This document shows positions 42,987 to 52,735 of a stretch of 64,000 bases of DNA, piece by piece. Source of the DNA: Prochlorococcus sp. AG-679-M23 (GTDB lineage: Bacteria; Cyanobacteriota; Cyanobacteriia; PCC-6307; Cyanobiaceae); assembly GCA_003208875.1 (NCBI GenBank), contig QCUR01000002.1, positions 160,001 through 224,000 on the forward strand, given 5' to 3'. A program made the translations under genes and the position numbers. Below the pieces are notes generated by a model. The model was not told the origin of the DNA. It searched no databases and worked only from the letters and a program-made list of their open reading frames with translations. Every line of letters starts with the position of its first letter. The stretch's first letter is position 1.

Positions 42987-43146
42987 TTTAAGAAGTTCTC
43001 TTTAATATCAATTTAAAACTATATCTCTTCGCTGCAATCAAAAAAAATAAAAACGAAATATAAAAAGAAATTTAAGATTTCTTCAATTTAAATGAGTAAA
43101 TATACTTAGAACCTTCTCATATAAGGGGATTTAATAGAAATACTGA

Positions 43147-43178
43147 AAAGTAACAATCAATGAAACATTTGTTACTTT
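43147..43178. promoter_or_regulatory. Inverted repeat upstream of the putative psaA promoter (candidate regulator site)
   Basis: AAAGTAACAA-N12-TTGTTACTTT with perfect 10-bp arms; TATTAT -10-like hexamer at 43205-43210. Confidence 0.5.
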
Positions 43179-43215
43179 CCTGCATGATCAAAGAATCTTT
43201 AGCCTATTATTTTTG

Positions 43216-43326
43216 GTAACGAAAATCTTAAGTTTTGATTCGCTCGTTCCTAGAAAGTCTACTATTAATAAGTAGGCTTATAGGTGTGATAAATCTACTT
43301 AAGGGCCAATTATTTAGAGGTGCTAG
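43216..43326 (+). promoter_or_regulatory. Structured psaA 5' UTR (psaA RNA motif-like)
   Basis: Stems AACGA/TCGTT, AAGTCTACT/AGTAGGCTT (43255-43279), TAGGT/ATCTA, then SD GAGGTG; boundaries approximate. Confidence 0.55.
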
Positions 43327-45630
43327 ATGACCATTAGCCCACCAGAAAGTGGAGAAAAAGACAAAAAGATTTTGGAATCACCCGTCAAGGCTGATCCTAG
43401 ACCTATTGATTTTGCCAAATTAGATAAACCAGGTTTCTGGTCTAGTAAATTATCCAAAGGTCCAAAAACAACAACTTGGATTTGGAATTTGCATGCAGAT
43501 GCCCATGATTTTGATATACATACAGGAGATGCTGAAGAAGCTACAAGAAAAATTTTCTCAGCTCATTTCGGACACCTTGCTGTCATTTTTATATGGATGA
43601 GCGCTGCATTTTTCCATGGAGCAAGATTCTCAAATTATTCAGGATGGCTAGCTGATCCTACCCATGTAAAACCTGGAGCTCAACAAGTTTGGGCAATAGT
43701 TGGGCAAGAGATGCTTAATGGTGATTTAGGTGCTAACTACAACGGGATACAAATAAGTTCTGGAATATTCCACATGTGGCGAGCTTGGGGAATTACAAAT
43801 GAAAGTGAATTGATGGCACTAGCTATTGGGGCAGTAGTAATGGCTGCACTAATGCTTCATGCAGGTATCTTCCACTATCACAAAGCTGCTCCAAAAATGG
43901 AATGGTTCCAAGATGTTGAGTCTATGATGAATCATCATCTCGCAGGTCTTTTAGGACTTGGTTCTTTAGCTTGGGCGGGTCATGTTATTCATATTGGTGC
44001 TCCTACAGCAGCTCTTTTAGATGCTATTGATGCTGGTAGCCCACTACTTATTAACGGTAAAGAGATAGCGACAATTGCTGACATGCCAATGCCTCATCAA
44101 TTGTGTGATCCTCAAATTGTCGGTCAAATATTTCCAGGACTTGCAAGCGGGACAGGTAATTTCTTCAGTTTAAACTGGTTTGCTTTTTCAGATTTCTTAA
44201 CTTTCAAGGGAGGACTTAATCCAGTAACAGGAAGTTTATGGATGACTGATATTGCACATCATCATGTTGCAATTGCTGTTTTATTTATAATTGCTGGTCA
44301 TATGTACAGGACTAACTATGGAATTGGTCATAGTATGAAAGAAATATTAGATTCACAGCAAGGAGATCCTATTCTTTTCCCAGCACCTAAGGGACACCAA
44401 GGCCTTTTTGATTTTATGGCTGAAAGTAGACATGCACAGCTTTCTGTCAACTTAGCAATGCTCGGTTCTCTTAGTATCTTGATCTCTCATCATATGTATG
44501 CGATGCCTCCGTATCCATACATTGCGACTGATTACATGACTGTACTTGGTTTGTTTACTCATCATATGTGGATAGGTGGATTATTTATTGTTGGAGCTGG
44601 AGCTCATGCAGGTATAGCGATGGTAAGAGATTACGATCCAGCGAAACATATAGATAATGTTCTAGATAGGATTTTAAAAGCTAGAGATGCGTTAATAAGT
44701 CACCTTAATTGGGTTTGTATGTGGTTAGGCTTCCATAGTTTTGGACTCTATATTCATAACGACACAATGAGAGCTTTAGGAAGACCTCAAGATATGTTTA
44801 GTGATTCTGCAATTCAGCTTCAACCAATATTTGCTCAATGGGTTCAAAGCATTCAAGCTTCAGCTGTTGGTACTTCAATATTGGCAGGTACAGCAGAAGC
44901 CTTACCTCATAAAGCTATAAGTGAAGTATTTAACGGAAGTTTAGTTGAAGTAGGTGGAAAGGTTGCGATTGCCCCAATTCCTCTGGGGACAGCTGATTTG
45001 ATGATTCACCACATACATGCATTCCAAATACATGTAACAGTTTTGATTCTTCTTAAAGGTGTCCTTTATGCAAGAAGCTCAAGATTAATCCCTGATAAAG
45101 CATCACTAGGATTTAGATTCCCATGTGATGGCCCTGGTAGAGGAGGTACATGTCAAGTTTCTTCTTGGGACCATGTTTTCTTAGCACTTTTCTGGATGTA
45201 TAACTGTCTATCAATTGTTATTTTCCATTTTTCTTGGAAAATGCAAAGTGATGTTTGGGGGCTAACAGGAGGTAATTTTGCACAAAGTGCAATAACTATA
45301 AACGGTTGGTTACGAGACTTTTTATGGGCTCAAGCAGCACAAGTATTGACAAGTTATGGTCAAGCAATAAGTATGTATGGCTTAATGTTCTTAGGTGCTC
45401 ACTTTATTTGGGCATTTAGTTTAATGTTCCTATTCAGTGGAAGAGGTTACTGGCAAGAACTATTTGAATCAATTGTTTGGGCACATAATAAATTGAAAGT
45501 TGCTCCAACAATTCAACCAAGAGCACTTTCAATTACTCAAGGTCGTGCAGTTGGTGTAACTCACTTCTTAGTGGGCGGCATAGCTACTACTTGGGCATTC
45601 TTCCATGCTCGCCTTTTCGGGATTGGCTAA
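43327..45630 (+). CDS. psaA: Photosystem I P700 apoprotein A1
   Basis: [30 protein letters not shown] (FX ligands), RGYWQEL. Confidence 0.99.
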   Translation: MTISPPESGEKDKKILESPVKADPRPIDFAKLDKPGFWSSKLSKGPKTTTWIWNLHADAHDFDIHTGDAEEATRKIFSAHFGHLAVIFIWMSAAFFHGARFSNYSGWLADPTHVKPGAQQVWAIVGQEMLNGDLGANYNGIQISSGIFHMWRAWGITNESELMALAIGAVVMAALMLHAGIFHYHKAAPKMEWFQDVESMMNHHLAGLLGLGSLAWAGHVIHIGAPTAALLDAIDAGSPLLINGKEIATIADMPMPHQLCDPQIVGQIFPGLASGTGNFFSLNWFAFSDFLTFKGGLNPVTGSLWMTDIAHHHVAIAVLFIIAGHMYRTNYGIGHSMKEILDSQQGDPILFPAPKGHQGLFDFMAESRHAQLSVNLAMLGSLSILISHHMYAMPPYPYIATDYMTVLGLFTHHMWIGGLFIVGAGAHAGIAMVRDYDPAKHIDNVLDRILKARDALISHLNWVCMWLGFHSFGLYIHNDTMRALGRPQDMFSDSAIQLQPIFAQWVQSIQASAVGTSILAGTAEALPHKAISEVFNGSLVEVGGKVAIAPIPLGTADLMIHHIHAFQIHVTVLILLKGVLYARSSRLIPDKASLGFRFPCDGPGRGGTCQVSSWDHVFLALFWMYNCLSIVIFHFSWKMQSDVWGLTGGNFAQSAITINGWLRDFLWAQAAQVLTSYGQAISMYGLMFLGAHFIWAFSLMFLFSGRGYWQELFESIVWAHNKLKVAPTIQPRALSITQGRAVGVTHFLVGGIATTWAFFHARLFGIG

Positions 45631-45658
45631 ATAACCTGAACTTTTCCTTTTTAATTCA

Positions 45659-47887
45659 ATGGCAACAAAATTTCCAGCATTTAACCAGGGTCTAGCTCAG
45701 GACCCAACAACCCGCCGAATATGGTACGGCATAGCTACAGCTCATGACTTTGAGAGTCATGATGGTATGACCGAAGAAAAGCTTTATCAGAAGTTATTTT
45801 CTACACATTTCGGACATTTAGCAATAATTGCCCTTTGGGTAGCCGGTAATCTTTTTCATATCGCTTGGCAAGGTAACTTTGAGCAATTTGTACTTGACCC
45901 TACTCATGTTCGTCCAATAGCTCATGCTATTTGGGATCCTCATTTTGGATCAGGTATTACGGAAGCAATGACACAGGCAGGGGCCAGTGGACCTGTAAAT
46001 ATAGCTTATTCAGGCTTGTATCATTGGTGGTACACAATTGGAATGAGAACCAATGAGCAACTGTTCCAGGCCTCCATCTTTATGAGTATTTTGGCCTGTT
46101 GGACTTTATTTGCTGGATGGTTACATTTACAGCCAAAATTCAGACCGTCACTTGCATGGTTTAAAAATAATGAATCTAGATTAAATCATCATCTTGCTGT
46201 TTTATTTGGATTTAGTAGTATTGCTTGGACAGGACACTTAGTTCACGTTGCAATTCCTGAGTCTAGAGGTATTCATGTTGGCTGGGATAATTGGTTAACA
46301 GTTCTGCCTCACCCAGCAGGTTTAGCTCCTTTCTTTACACTTAACTGGGGAGCATATGCTCAGAATCCAGATGCATTAGAGCAAGTATTTGGAACAACAG
46401 AAGGTGCTGGTACAGCAATATTTACTTTTTTAGGGGGACTCCATCCTCAAAGTGAAGCATTATGGTTAACTGATATAGCTCATCATCATATTGCAATAGG
46501 AACTGTATTTATAATTGCTGGACATATGTATAGAAATACGTTCGGTATTGGACATAGTTTAAAAGAAATCACAGAAGCACATAATACAAGACATCCTCTT
46601 GATCCTCATAAAGGTAGTTTTGGAATTAATCATGATGGTATTTATGAAACTGTTACTAATTCTCTACACTTTCAACTTGGTTTAGCCTTGGCTGCTCTTG
46701 GTGTAGCCACTTCATTAGTAGCTCAACATATGGGAGCTCTTCCTTCGTATGCTTTTATTGCAAGAGATTATACGACTCAGTCAGCTTTATATACCCATCA
46801 TCAATACATAGCTATGTTTTTAATGGTTGGTGCTTTTGCTCATGGAGCAATATTCTTTGTCAGAGATTACGATCCTGAACTTAATAAAGATAATGTATTA
46901 GCTCGAGTATTAGGTACAAAAGAAGCTCTTATCAGTCATTTAAGCTGGGTGACTATGATTCTAGGTTTTCATACATTAGGAATATATGTTCATAATGATG
47001 TTGTTGTAGCTTTTGGAAATCCTGAAAAACAAATTTTGATTGAACCGGTATTCGCTCAGTTTGTACAGGCAGCTCAAGGAAAGATGATGTATGGATTCAA
47101 TGCACTTCTTTCGGATCCGACTAGTGCAGCTAGTGTGGCGGCGAACTCTTTGCCAGGAAATCATTACTGGATGGATTTAATTAATAGACAAGATGCATTA
47201 AGTGCTTTTCTTCCAATAGGCCCTGCAGATTTCTTAGTACATCACGCGATTGCTCTTGGACTTCATACAACTGCACTAATTCTTATTAAAGGAGCTTTAG
47301 ATGCTAGAGGAACAAAACTAATTCCTGATAAGAAAGATTTGGGTTATGCATTCCCTTGTGATGGACCTGGTCGTGGAGGTACATGCGATAGCTCATCATG
47401 GGATGCTATGTATCTTGCAATGTTCTGGGCTTTGAACTTGATAGCATGGGTAACTTTCTACTGGCATTGGAAACATTTAGCCATATGGCAAGGTAATGTA
47501 GCTCAATTTAACGAGTCTGGGACTTATTTAATGGGTTGGTTTAGAGATTATCTTTGGTTAAACTCTGCTCAGCTAATTAATGGTTACAATCCTTTCGGTG
47601 TGAATTCACTTTCTGTCTGGGCTTGGATGTTTTTATTCGGCCATCTTGTATGGGCGACTGGATTCATGTTCTTGATATCATGGAGAGGATACTGGCAAGA
47701 ATTAATTGAGACATTAGTTTGGGCTCATCAGCGTACTCCAATTGCTAACCTTGTAGGTTGGAGAGATAAACCAGTTGCACTTTCAATTGTTCAAGCGAGA
47801 CTAGTTGGATTAGCTCATTTCACAATTGGAAACATCCTTACTTTTGGAGCATTTGTAATAGCATCTACTTCAGGTAAGTTTGGATAA
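45659..47887 (+). CDS. psaB: Photosystem I P700 apoprotein A2
   Basis: [29 protein letters not shown]-terminal GKFG. Confidence 0.99.
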   Translation: MATKFPAFNQGLAQDPTTRRIWYGIATAHDFESHDGMTEEKLYQKLFSTHFGHLAIIALWVAGNLFHIAWQGNFEQFVLDPTHVRPIAHAIWDPHFGSGITEAMTQAGASGPVNIAYSGLYHWWYTIGMRTNEQLFQASIFMSILACWTLFAGWLHLQPKFRPSLAWFKNNESRLNHHLAVLFGFSSIAWTGHLVHVAIPESRGIHVGWDNWLTVLPHPAGLAPFFTLNWGAYAQNPDALEQVFGTTEGAGTAIFTFLGGLHPQSEALWLTDIAHHHIAIGTVFIIAGHMYRNTFGIGHSLKEITEAHNTRHPLDPHKGSFGINHDGIYETVTNSLHFQLGLALAALGVATSLVAQHMGALPSYAFIARDYTTQSALYTHHQYIAMFLMVGAFAHGAIFFVRDYDPELNKDNVLARVLGTKEALISHLSWVTMILGFHTLGIYVHNDVVVAFGNPEKQILIEPVFAQFVQAAQGKMMYGFNALLSDPTSAASVAANSLPGNHYWMDLINRQDALSAFLPIGPADFLVHHAIALGLHTTALILIKGALDARGTKLIPDKKDLGYAFPCDGPGRGGTCDSSSWDAMYLAMFWALNLIAWVTFYWHWKHLAIWQGNVAQFNESGTYLMGWFRDYLWLNSAQLINGYNPFGVNSLSVWAWMFLFGHLVWATGFMFLISWRGYWQELIETLVWAHQRTPIANLVGWRDKPVALSIVQARLVGLAHFTIGNILTFGAFVIASTSGKFG

Positions 47888-47906
47888 AGTTTTATCAAAT
47901 AATTTG

Positions 47907-47934
47907 AATCACCACTTATGTGGTGATTTTTTTT
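47907..47934 (+). terminator. Rho-independent terminator after psaAB
   Basis: AATCACCAC-TTAT-GTGGTGATT perfect stem followed by a T tract. Confidence 0.9.
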
Positions 47935-47992
47935 GTTTATTTTAATTGTTCTAGTTTAAGTTAAAATTATAAGATTATTAATCGCTATTCAT

Positions 47993-48967
47993 GTGACAAA
48001 TCCTAATCAGTTAATTTCTATAATTATTCCTGTTTTTAATGAAAGTGAGAGTATTGGATATTTATTAGATGAAGTTTTAAATGTCATGCAAAATAATAAA
48101 TTAAATTGTGAATTAATAATAGTTAATGACGGCTCGAATGATAATACTTCAACAGTATTGGATGAATTAACTGTAAAAATTAAGGAATTATCAGTTATTT
48201 CACTTCGAAAGAATTACGGACAAACTGCGGCAATGTCTGCAGGTTTTGATAATTCTAAGGGCGAAATTGTTATTACTTTAGATGGAGACTTACAAAATGA
48301 TCCTAATGATATTCCAAAATTAATTTCACATATAAATGAAGGTTATGATTTGATTTGTGGATGGAGATATGAACGAAAAGATAAATTAATTAATAGGCGT
48401 ATACCATCAAAAATTGCTAATAAATTGATAGCTAATGTTACTGGCCTTAAATTGCACGATTATGGTTGTTCATTAAAAGCTTTTAAAAAAGAGATTTTAA
48501 ACGACATTAAACTATACGGAGAACTTCATAGGTTTTTACCTGTTTTAGCAAATATAGAGGGAGCTAAAATTAAAGAAATCAAAGTTAATCATCGAAGTCG
48601 CAAATACGGTTCTAGTAAATATGGGATTGATAGAACTTTTAGGGTTTTAATGGATTTACTTACTGTTTGGTTTATGACTAAATTTTTAACAAGACCTATG
48701 TATGGATTCGGTTTTATGGGGATCATAAGTATTTTACTAAGTTTTGGAATGACATCTTACTTATTTATTATCAAACTCCTAGGAAATGATATTGGCAATA
48801 GACCGATGTTAATGTTTGCTTTGATATTGGGAATTGCGGGAGTTCAATTATTTAGTTTTGGATTATTAGGTGAATTGTTAATTAGAACTTATCACGAGAG
48901 TCAAAATAGGCCAATTTACAGAGTTAGGAAAATTCAAAGTACTTCCAATGACAAAATCTCTACTTAA
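47993..48967 (+). CDS. Glycosyltransferase family 2 (polyprenyl-phosphate glycosyltransferase-like)
   Basis: IIPVFNE, VNDGSND, NYGQTAA, LDGDLQNDP, two C-terminal TM helices. Confidence 0.92.
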   Translation: MTNPNQLISIIIPVFNESESIGYLLDEVLNVMQNNKLNCELIIVNDGSNDNTSTVLDELTVKIKELSVISLRKNYGQTAAMSAGFDNSKGEIVITLDGDLQNDPNDIPKLISHINEGYDLICGWRYERKDKLINRRIPSKIANKLIANVTGLKLHDYGCSLKAFKKEILNDIKLYGELHRFLPVLANIEGAKIKEIKVNHRSRKYGSSKYGIDRTFRVLMDLLTVWFMTKFLTRPMYGFGFMGIISILLSFGMTSYLFIIKLLGNDIGNRPMLMFALILGIAGVQLFSFGLLGELLIRTYHESQNRPIYRVRKIQSTSNDKIST

Positions 48968-49349
48968 ACTTTCTAATAAGATCAGCTGAACGTTCAACTA
49001 TTTCTGGATCCATATCTTTTAAACCTCGTCTGAGTATGGGCAATGTAGTTTTATCGGCTAATTCTTCTGCTAAATTTAAGGCTTTCAATTTATCTTCTGC
49101 TGAACTATTAAATAGGTTATTCATTTTTTTTCTTAGTTTTCTTTTATAAAACTCTGAGTACTTATTAGAACTATTTTGATAATTATTATATTTTTTTGAT
49201 GAAGAGGTAATTATATTATTTTCATTATCCATTCCTTTTAATGGATAAAATTTCTTTTTATTAAAAACATTAAATATATATTTTCTCTTGAAAATTAAGA
49301 AAATAAATATTATTAAAATGATGAGAACTATAGAGAGAAAATTGAGCAT
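48960..49349 (-). CDS. Membrane-anchored hypothetical protein with C-terminal HEAT-like repeat
   Basis: N-terminal hydrophobic helix; LPILRRGLKDMDPEIVERSA resembles a HEAT repeat. Confidence 0.6.
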   Translation of the reverse strand: MLNFLSIVLIILIIFIFLIFKRKYIFNVFNKKKFYPLKGMDNENNIITSSSKKYNNYQNSSNKYSEFYKRKLRKKMNNLFNSSAEDKLKALNLAEELADKTTLPILRRGLKDMDPEIVERSADLIRKFK

Positions 49350-49441
49350 ATATAAAGTTAATAATTTTTATATCATCAAGTAATAAAATTAACACTATTT
49401 CTCCGATAAATATTAGAGTGTTTAAAGATGTTTAAAGATTT

Positions 49442-49555
49442 ATGCCATCTGATTTAGCAAATCTGCTCCCACCTATCTTTGTTCCATTAATTGGGATAGC
49501 TATGCCTGCAGTATTTATCGTACTGATAGGAAGATTAATTACTGCAACTGATTAA
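49442..49555 (+). CDS. psaI: Photosystem I subunit VIII PsaI (not in ORF track)
   Basis: Hand translation MPSDLANLLPPIFVPLIGIAMPAVFIVLIGRLITATD*; LPxIFVPLxG signature; directly upstream of psaL. Confidence 0.93.
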   Translation: MPSDLANLLPPIFVPLIGIAMPAVFIVLIGRLITATD

Positions 49556-49583
49556 ATTAACTCAAAAATAACTATCAAAACAA

Positions 49584-50183
49584 ATGAGCGACTTTCAAAA
49601 ATCATTCTCAGAATCAACAAATTCTATTAAATTTGATGATAAATATATAGATAACTCTATACAGCCTGATGACATTGGTGTGGCAAACCAATGGGCGGTT
49701 AAAACAGTTTCTGATCCATGTGTTGGAAATTTAGCCACTCCAGTCAATAGTGGTTATTTTACAAAAGCTTTTATTAACAACTTACCTTTTTATAGGGAAG
49801 GAATTTCTCCAAACTTTAGAGGTTTAGAGACAGGGGCAGCATTTGGTTATCTGCTATATGGACCATTTACAATGACAGGTCCACTAAGAAATTCTGAGTT
49901 CGCAATAACTGCAGGACTTCTGGCAGCTATTGGAGCAGTTCACATAATGACAGCACTTTTAGTTCTTTATAATGCACCAGGTAAGGCCCCCAATGTTCAG
50001 CCTCCAGACGCTACTGTATATAACCCACCTGCAGACTTGTTTACTAGAACAGGTTGGGCTGATTTTACAAGTGGATTTTGGTTAGGAGGTTGCGGTGGAG
50101 CCGTATTTGCGTGGCTTCTTGTGGGTACTCTTCACTTAGATACCATTATGCCAATTATTAAAAATATTTGGACTGCAGGTTAA
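49584..50183 (+). CDS. psaL: Photosystem I subunit XI PsaL (N-terminally extended)
   Basis: [35 protein letters not shown]. Confidence 0.97.
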   Translation: MSDFQKSFSESTNSIKFDDKYIDNSIQPDDIGVANQWAVKTVSDPCVGNLATPVNSGYFTKAFINNLPFYREGISPNFRGLETGAAFGYLLYGPFTMTGPLRNSEFAITAGLLAAIGAVHIMTALLVLYNAPGKAPNVQPPDATVYNPPADLFTRTGWADFTSGFWLGGCGGAVFAWLLVGTLHLDTIMPIIKNIWTAG

Positions 50184-50236
50184 CTTCACATCCAAATATT
50201 TTTAAAATAATAAAATAAAAACTTTATATAAAAAAT

Positions 50237-50992
50237 TTATCTAATAGTTTTATTCCATCCATATGATCTGGTTACTCTTCCTGCAGAAATAAGTTTTGAT
50301 TGATAATGTAGAGAAATTTTATCGTTAGTGTCTTTTAAAGTGTCTATTCCTATACCATTTCTTCCGTAATCTATACCTGAACAATGGAAATAAAGTCCCT
50401 CTCCTTTATAAATACCAACATGATCACATTTATTTTTATTTCCAAAAAATAAAATATCTCCTTTTTTAAGTGATTTATTATTTTCTTTGAAATTGAAAAG
50501 ATGCTTACAAAAACTTTTAATTTGATAAGAGTCTCTAGGTATATAAATTTCATGATTTAAAAAGGCCGTTTGAATTAACCCAGAACAGTCAAAATTAGGA
50601 CCTGAAGTACCACCCCAAAGATATATATTTTTTACCTTAGATCGATCTTTGATCCAATTAAGAATCAATGGAATTTTTGCTTGTATTGATATTTGATCAG
50701 ATTCGACAAAACTGTTTTTAAAATCAAATTTCTCAATAGATAATTTATCTAAATCAATCCAGCAGACATAACCATCTTCATAAAATTGAACCAATATCCT
50801 GGATAATTTATATTTACTTTGATAAAGACTTGGGTAAATAAGTCTAAAAATTCTATTTTTGACTATTTCCGTTACTAAATTATTTTCAGTTTCATTTTGA
50901 TATCCAGAAATATTAATTTTTACTTTCCACCAAATAGTGCTTGAAAAATTTGTTTGCTTAAATAGTGAGATAGGGTCTATATGTTCTTTCAT
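50237..50992 (-). CDS. NlpC/P60 (C40) cell-wall peptidase
   Basis: YLWGG, FDCSGL (catalytic Cys), PRDSYQ, GDILFF, DHVGIY. Confidence 0.9.
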   Translation of the reverse strand: MKEHIDPISLFKQTNFSSTIWWKVKINISGYQNETENNLVTEIVKNRIFRLIYPSLYQSKYKLSRILVQFYEDGYVCWIDLDKLSIEKFDFKNSFVESDQISIQAKIPLILNWIKDRSKVKNIYLWGGTSGPNFDCSGLIQTAFLNHEIYIPRDSYQIKSFCKHLFNFKENNKSLKKGDILFFGNKNKCDHVGIYKGEGLYFHCSGIDYGRNGIGIDTLKDTNDKISLHYQSKLISAGRVTRSYGWNKTIR

Positions 50993-50995
50993 AAA

Positions 50996-51895
50996 ATGTC
51001 TTTTTATTATTTACAAGAAGAAATGGGTTTAGCCTTAAATGGTATTTTAGACAGAGTTTGCTCCAACAATATAGAAAATTTAAGGAATGATATCGCAATA
51101 ACTTGGATCAATTATAAAAGTGAAAGCAATCATATAAATAAAGGTTTTGGATTTGGAATCAACAATAGAAAACTCATTTATCCTGCAAGCATCGTAAAGC
51201 TAATTTATGGCCTTGCTGCATACTCATGGATTGATACAAAGAAAATATTATTAACCCAAGAAATAAGTGATGCAGTCAATAAAATGCTTTTTTACTCAAG
51301 TAATGATGCAACAAGCTTTTTAATCGATATTATCACTGGGACTACAAGCGGTCCATCTATAGAAGGAGATCTTTGGGAGAATTGGAAATTTCAAAGATCA
51401 ATAATCAATGATTGGTTACAAGAGCTTAATTGGAATGAATTAAATGAAATAAATTGCTGCCAAAAAACTTGGGATGATGGACCATTTGGTCGAGAAAAAG
51501 AATTTTACGGAATCGAAAACAGCAATAGAAATATGATGACAACTGATGCTACTGCAAGGATTTTGGAGGAGATAATGATAAAGATTGATTATCAAAAAGA
51601 TAATTTAAATTTAAGAAGTTTTTTAAAAAGAAATTTAAATAAGAATGTTCTTAATAATGATCCTCTTAATCAAGTAGATGGTTTTTTAGGAGAGGGATTA
51701 CCTGAGAATATTAATTTCTGGAGTAAAGCAGGTCTAATGTCACAAGCTAGACATGATGCTGCTTGGTGGGTTAATAACGACTCAGTACAGACTTTATTAG
51801 TTGTTTTTGGTAATGGAGAAAAATACTTCAAAGATGAGACCTTATTTCCCGAAATAGCAAAGGCTGTGTACAAATATAATAATAATTTTGTTTGA
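50996..51895 (+). CDS. Serine hydrolase, class A beta-lactamase/PBP-like
   Basis: PASIVK (SxxK), SSNDAT (SxN), SKAG (KTG-like), RHDAA; ATG 50996 avoids overlap with the divergent gene. Confidence 0.85.
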   Translation: MSFYYLQEEMGLALNGILDRVCSNNIENLRNDIAITWINYKSESNHINKGFGFGINNRKLIYPASIVKLIYGLAAYSWIDTKKILLTQEISDAVNKMLFYSSNDATSFLIDIITGTTSGPSIEGDLWENWKFQRSIINDWLQELNWNELNEINCCQKTWDDGPFGREKEFYGIENSNRNMMTTDATARILEEIMIKIDYQKDNLNLRSFLKRNLNKNVLNNDPLNQVDGFLGEGLPENINFWSKAGLMSQARHDAAWWVNNDSVQTLLVVFGNGEKYFKDETLFPEIAKAVYKYNNNFV

Positions 51896-51897
51896 TA

Positions 51898-52110
51898 TTA
51901 ATTTAAATCATCTAAGAAATCTCTATCTAATTTATTTGTATAGGCTTCGTAAGGTAACATCATAACCTCATCAAAATCCAAGTCATTCAGAATCCATTCT
52001 TTATATTCAGCTATTAAACTATTTCTATCTTTATTATCTAATTCATGAATGCGTAATGCAGTATCTTTAAGGTTTTCTTTAATCAGGTTTTCAAGTTCTT
52101 TTTTATTCAT
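51898..52110 (-). CDS. Small acidic hypothetical protein (70 aa from ATG 52110)
   Basis: ATG lies one base after the resolvase-like gene's TGA (TGA-T-ATG), suggesting translational coupling; no recognised domain. Confidence 0.6.
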   Translation of the reverse strand: MNKKELENLIKENLKDTALRIHELDNKDRNSLIAEYKEWILNDLDFDEVMMLPYEAYTNKLDRDFLDDLN

Positions 52111-52111
52111 A

Positions 52112-52735
52112 TCAGCTAGCTTCTCCATCTAAAATTATTCTTCTAATTGTTGATAAAGCAATTCCAGTTTGAGTTCTGATTGATCGATATGAGCAACCCT
52201 CATTACGTAACCTCATCACTAATGATTCTTTTAAAGGACTAATTTTCGGTCTTCCACCTAAATTATTTCCATTTAATCTTCTTTGCGAAATAAGTTCTTT
52301 TTTCCTCTCTCCCAAACACTCATTATCTAAATTATCTAACTCATATAAAATATTAAAGACTGACAAAGATATATCTGATGAATGTTTGGGAGATAAAAAA
52401 CCAGATAAAGTTCTCAACCTAACATCATTATTCAAGAGTTTATGAATTGTTTTTATACATTCATTCCTGTTAGAAAATGCCCGATCTAGTTTTGTAACTA
52501 CTAATTCATCTCCTTTTGATAAATAATTTAGAGCTTTTCTAAGTTCGGGTTTTATTTCTTCATCTAAACTTACGATTTCAGAAAATATTAAGCTGCAACC
52601 CTCATTTTTTAAGCATTTTATTTGTTCTTTTAAGTAATCAAATTCACTATCTATAGCTCTTGCATATCCAATAGTTTTGGATTTCTTATTTTTTTCAGAT
52701 AAAAGAAAACGTTTTCTTTTAAATTTAATAGTCAA
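52112..52735 (-). CDS. Serine recombinase/resolvase-family protein with Hin-type HTH, catalytic residues degenerate (start TTG 52735 inferred; ORF track start 52798)
   Basis: IGYAR, GDELVVTKLDR, LGGRPK and C-terminal HTH (SYRSIRTQTGIALSTIRRI) align by eye with Hin/Tn3 resolvases. Confidence 0.85.
   Translation of the reverse strand: MTIKFKRKRFLLSEKNKKSKTIGYARAIDSEFDYLKEQIKCLKNEGCSLIFSEIVSLDEEIKPELRKALNYLSKGDELVVTKLDRAFSNRNECIKTIHKLLNNDVRLRTLSGFLSPKHSSDISLSVFNILYELDNLDNECLGERKKELISQRRLNGNNLGGRPKISPLKESLVMRLRNEGCSYRSIRTQTGIALSTIRRIILDGEAS

Noticed and set aside
50996..51895. Antibiotic-resistance beta-lactamase
   Set aside because: It has the generic SxxK/SxN/KxG motifs but no signal peptide and no recognisable class A omega-loop ExxLN motif; a PBP-like hydrolase is more likely
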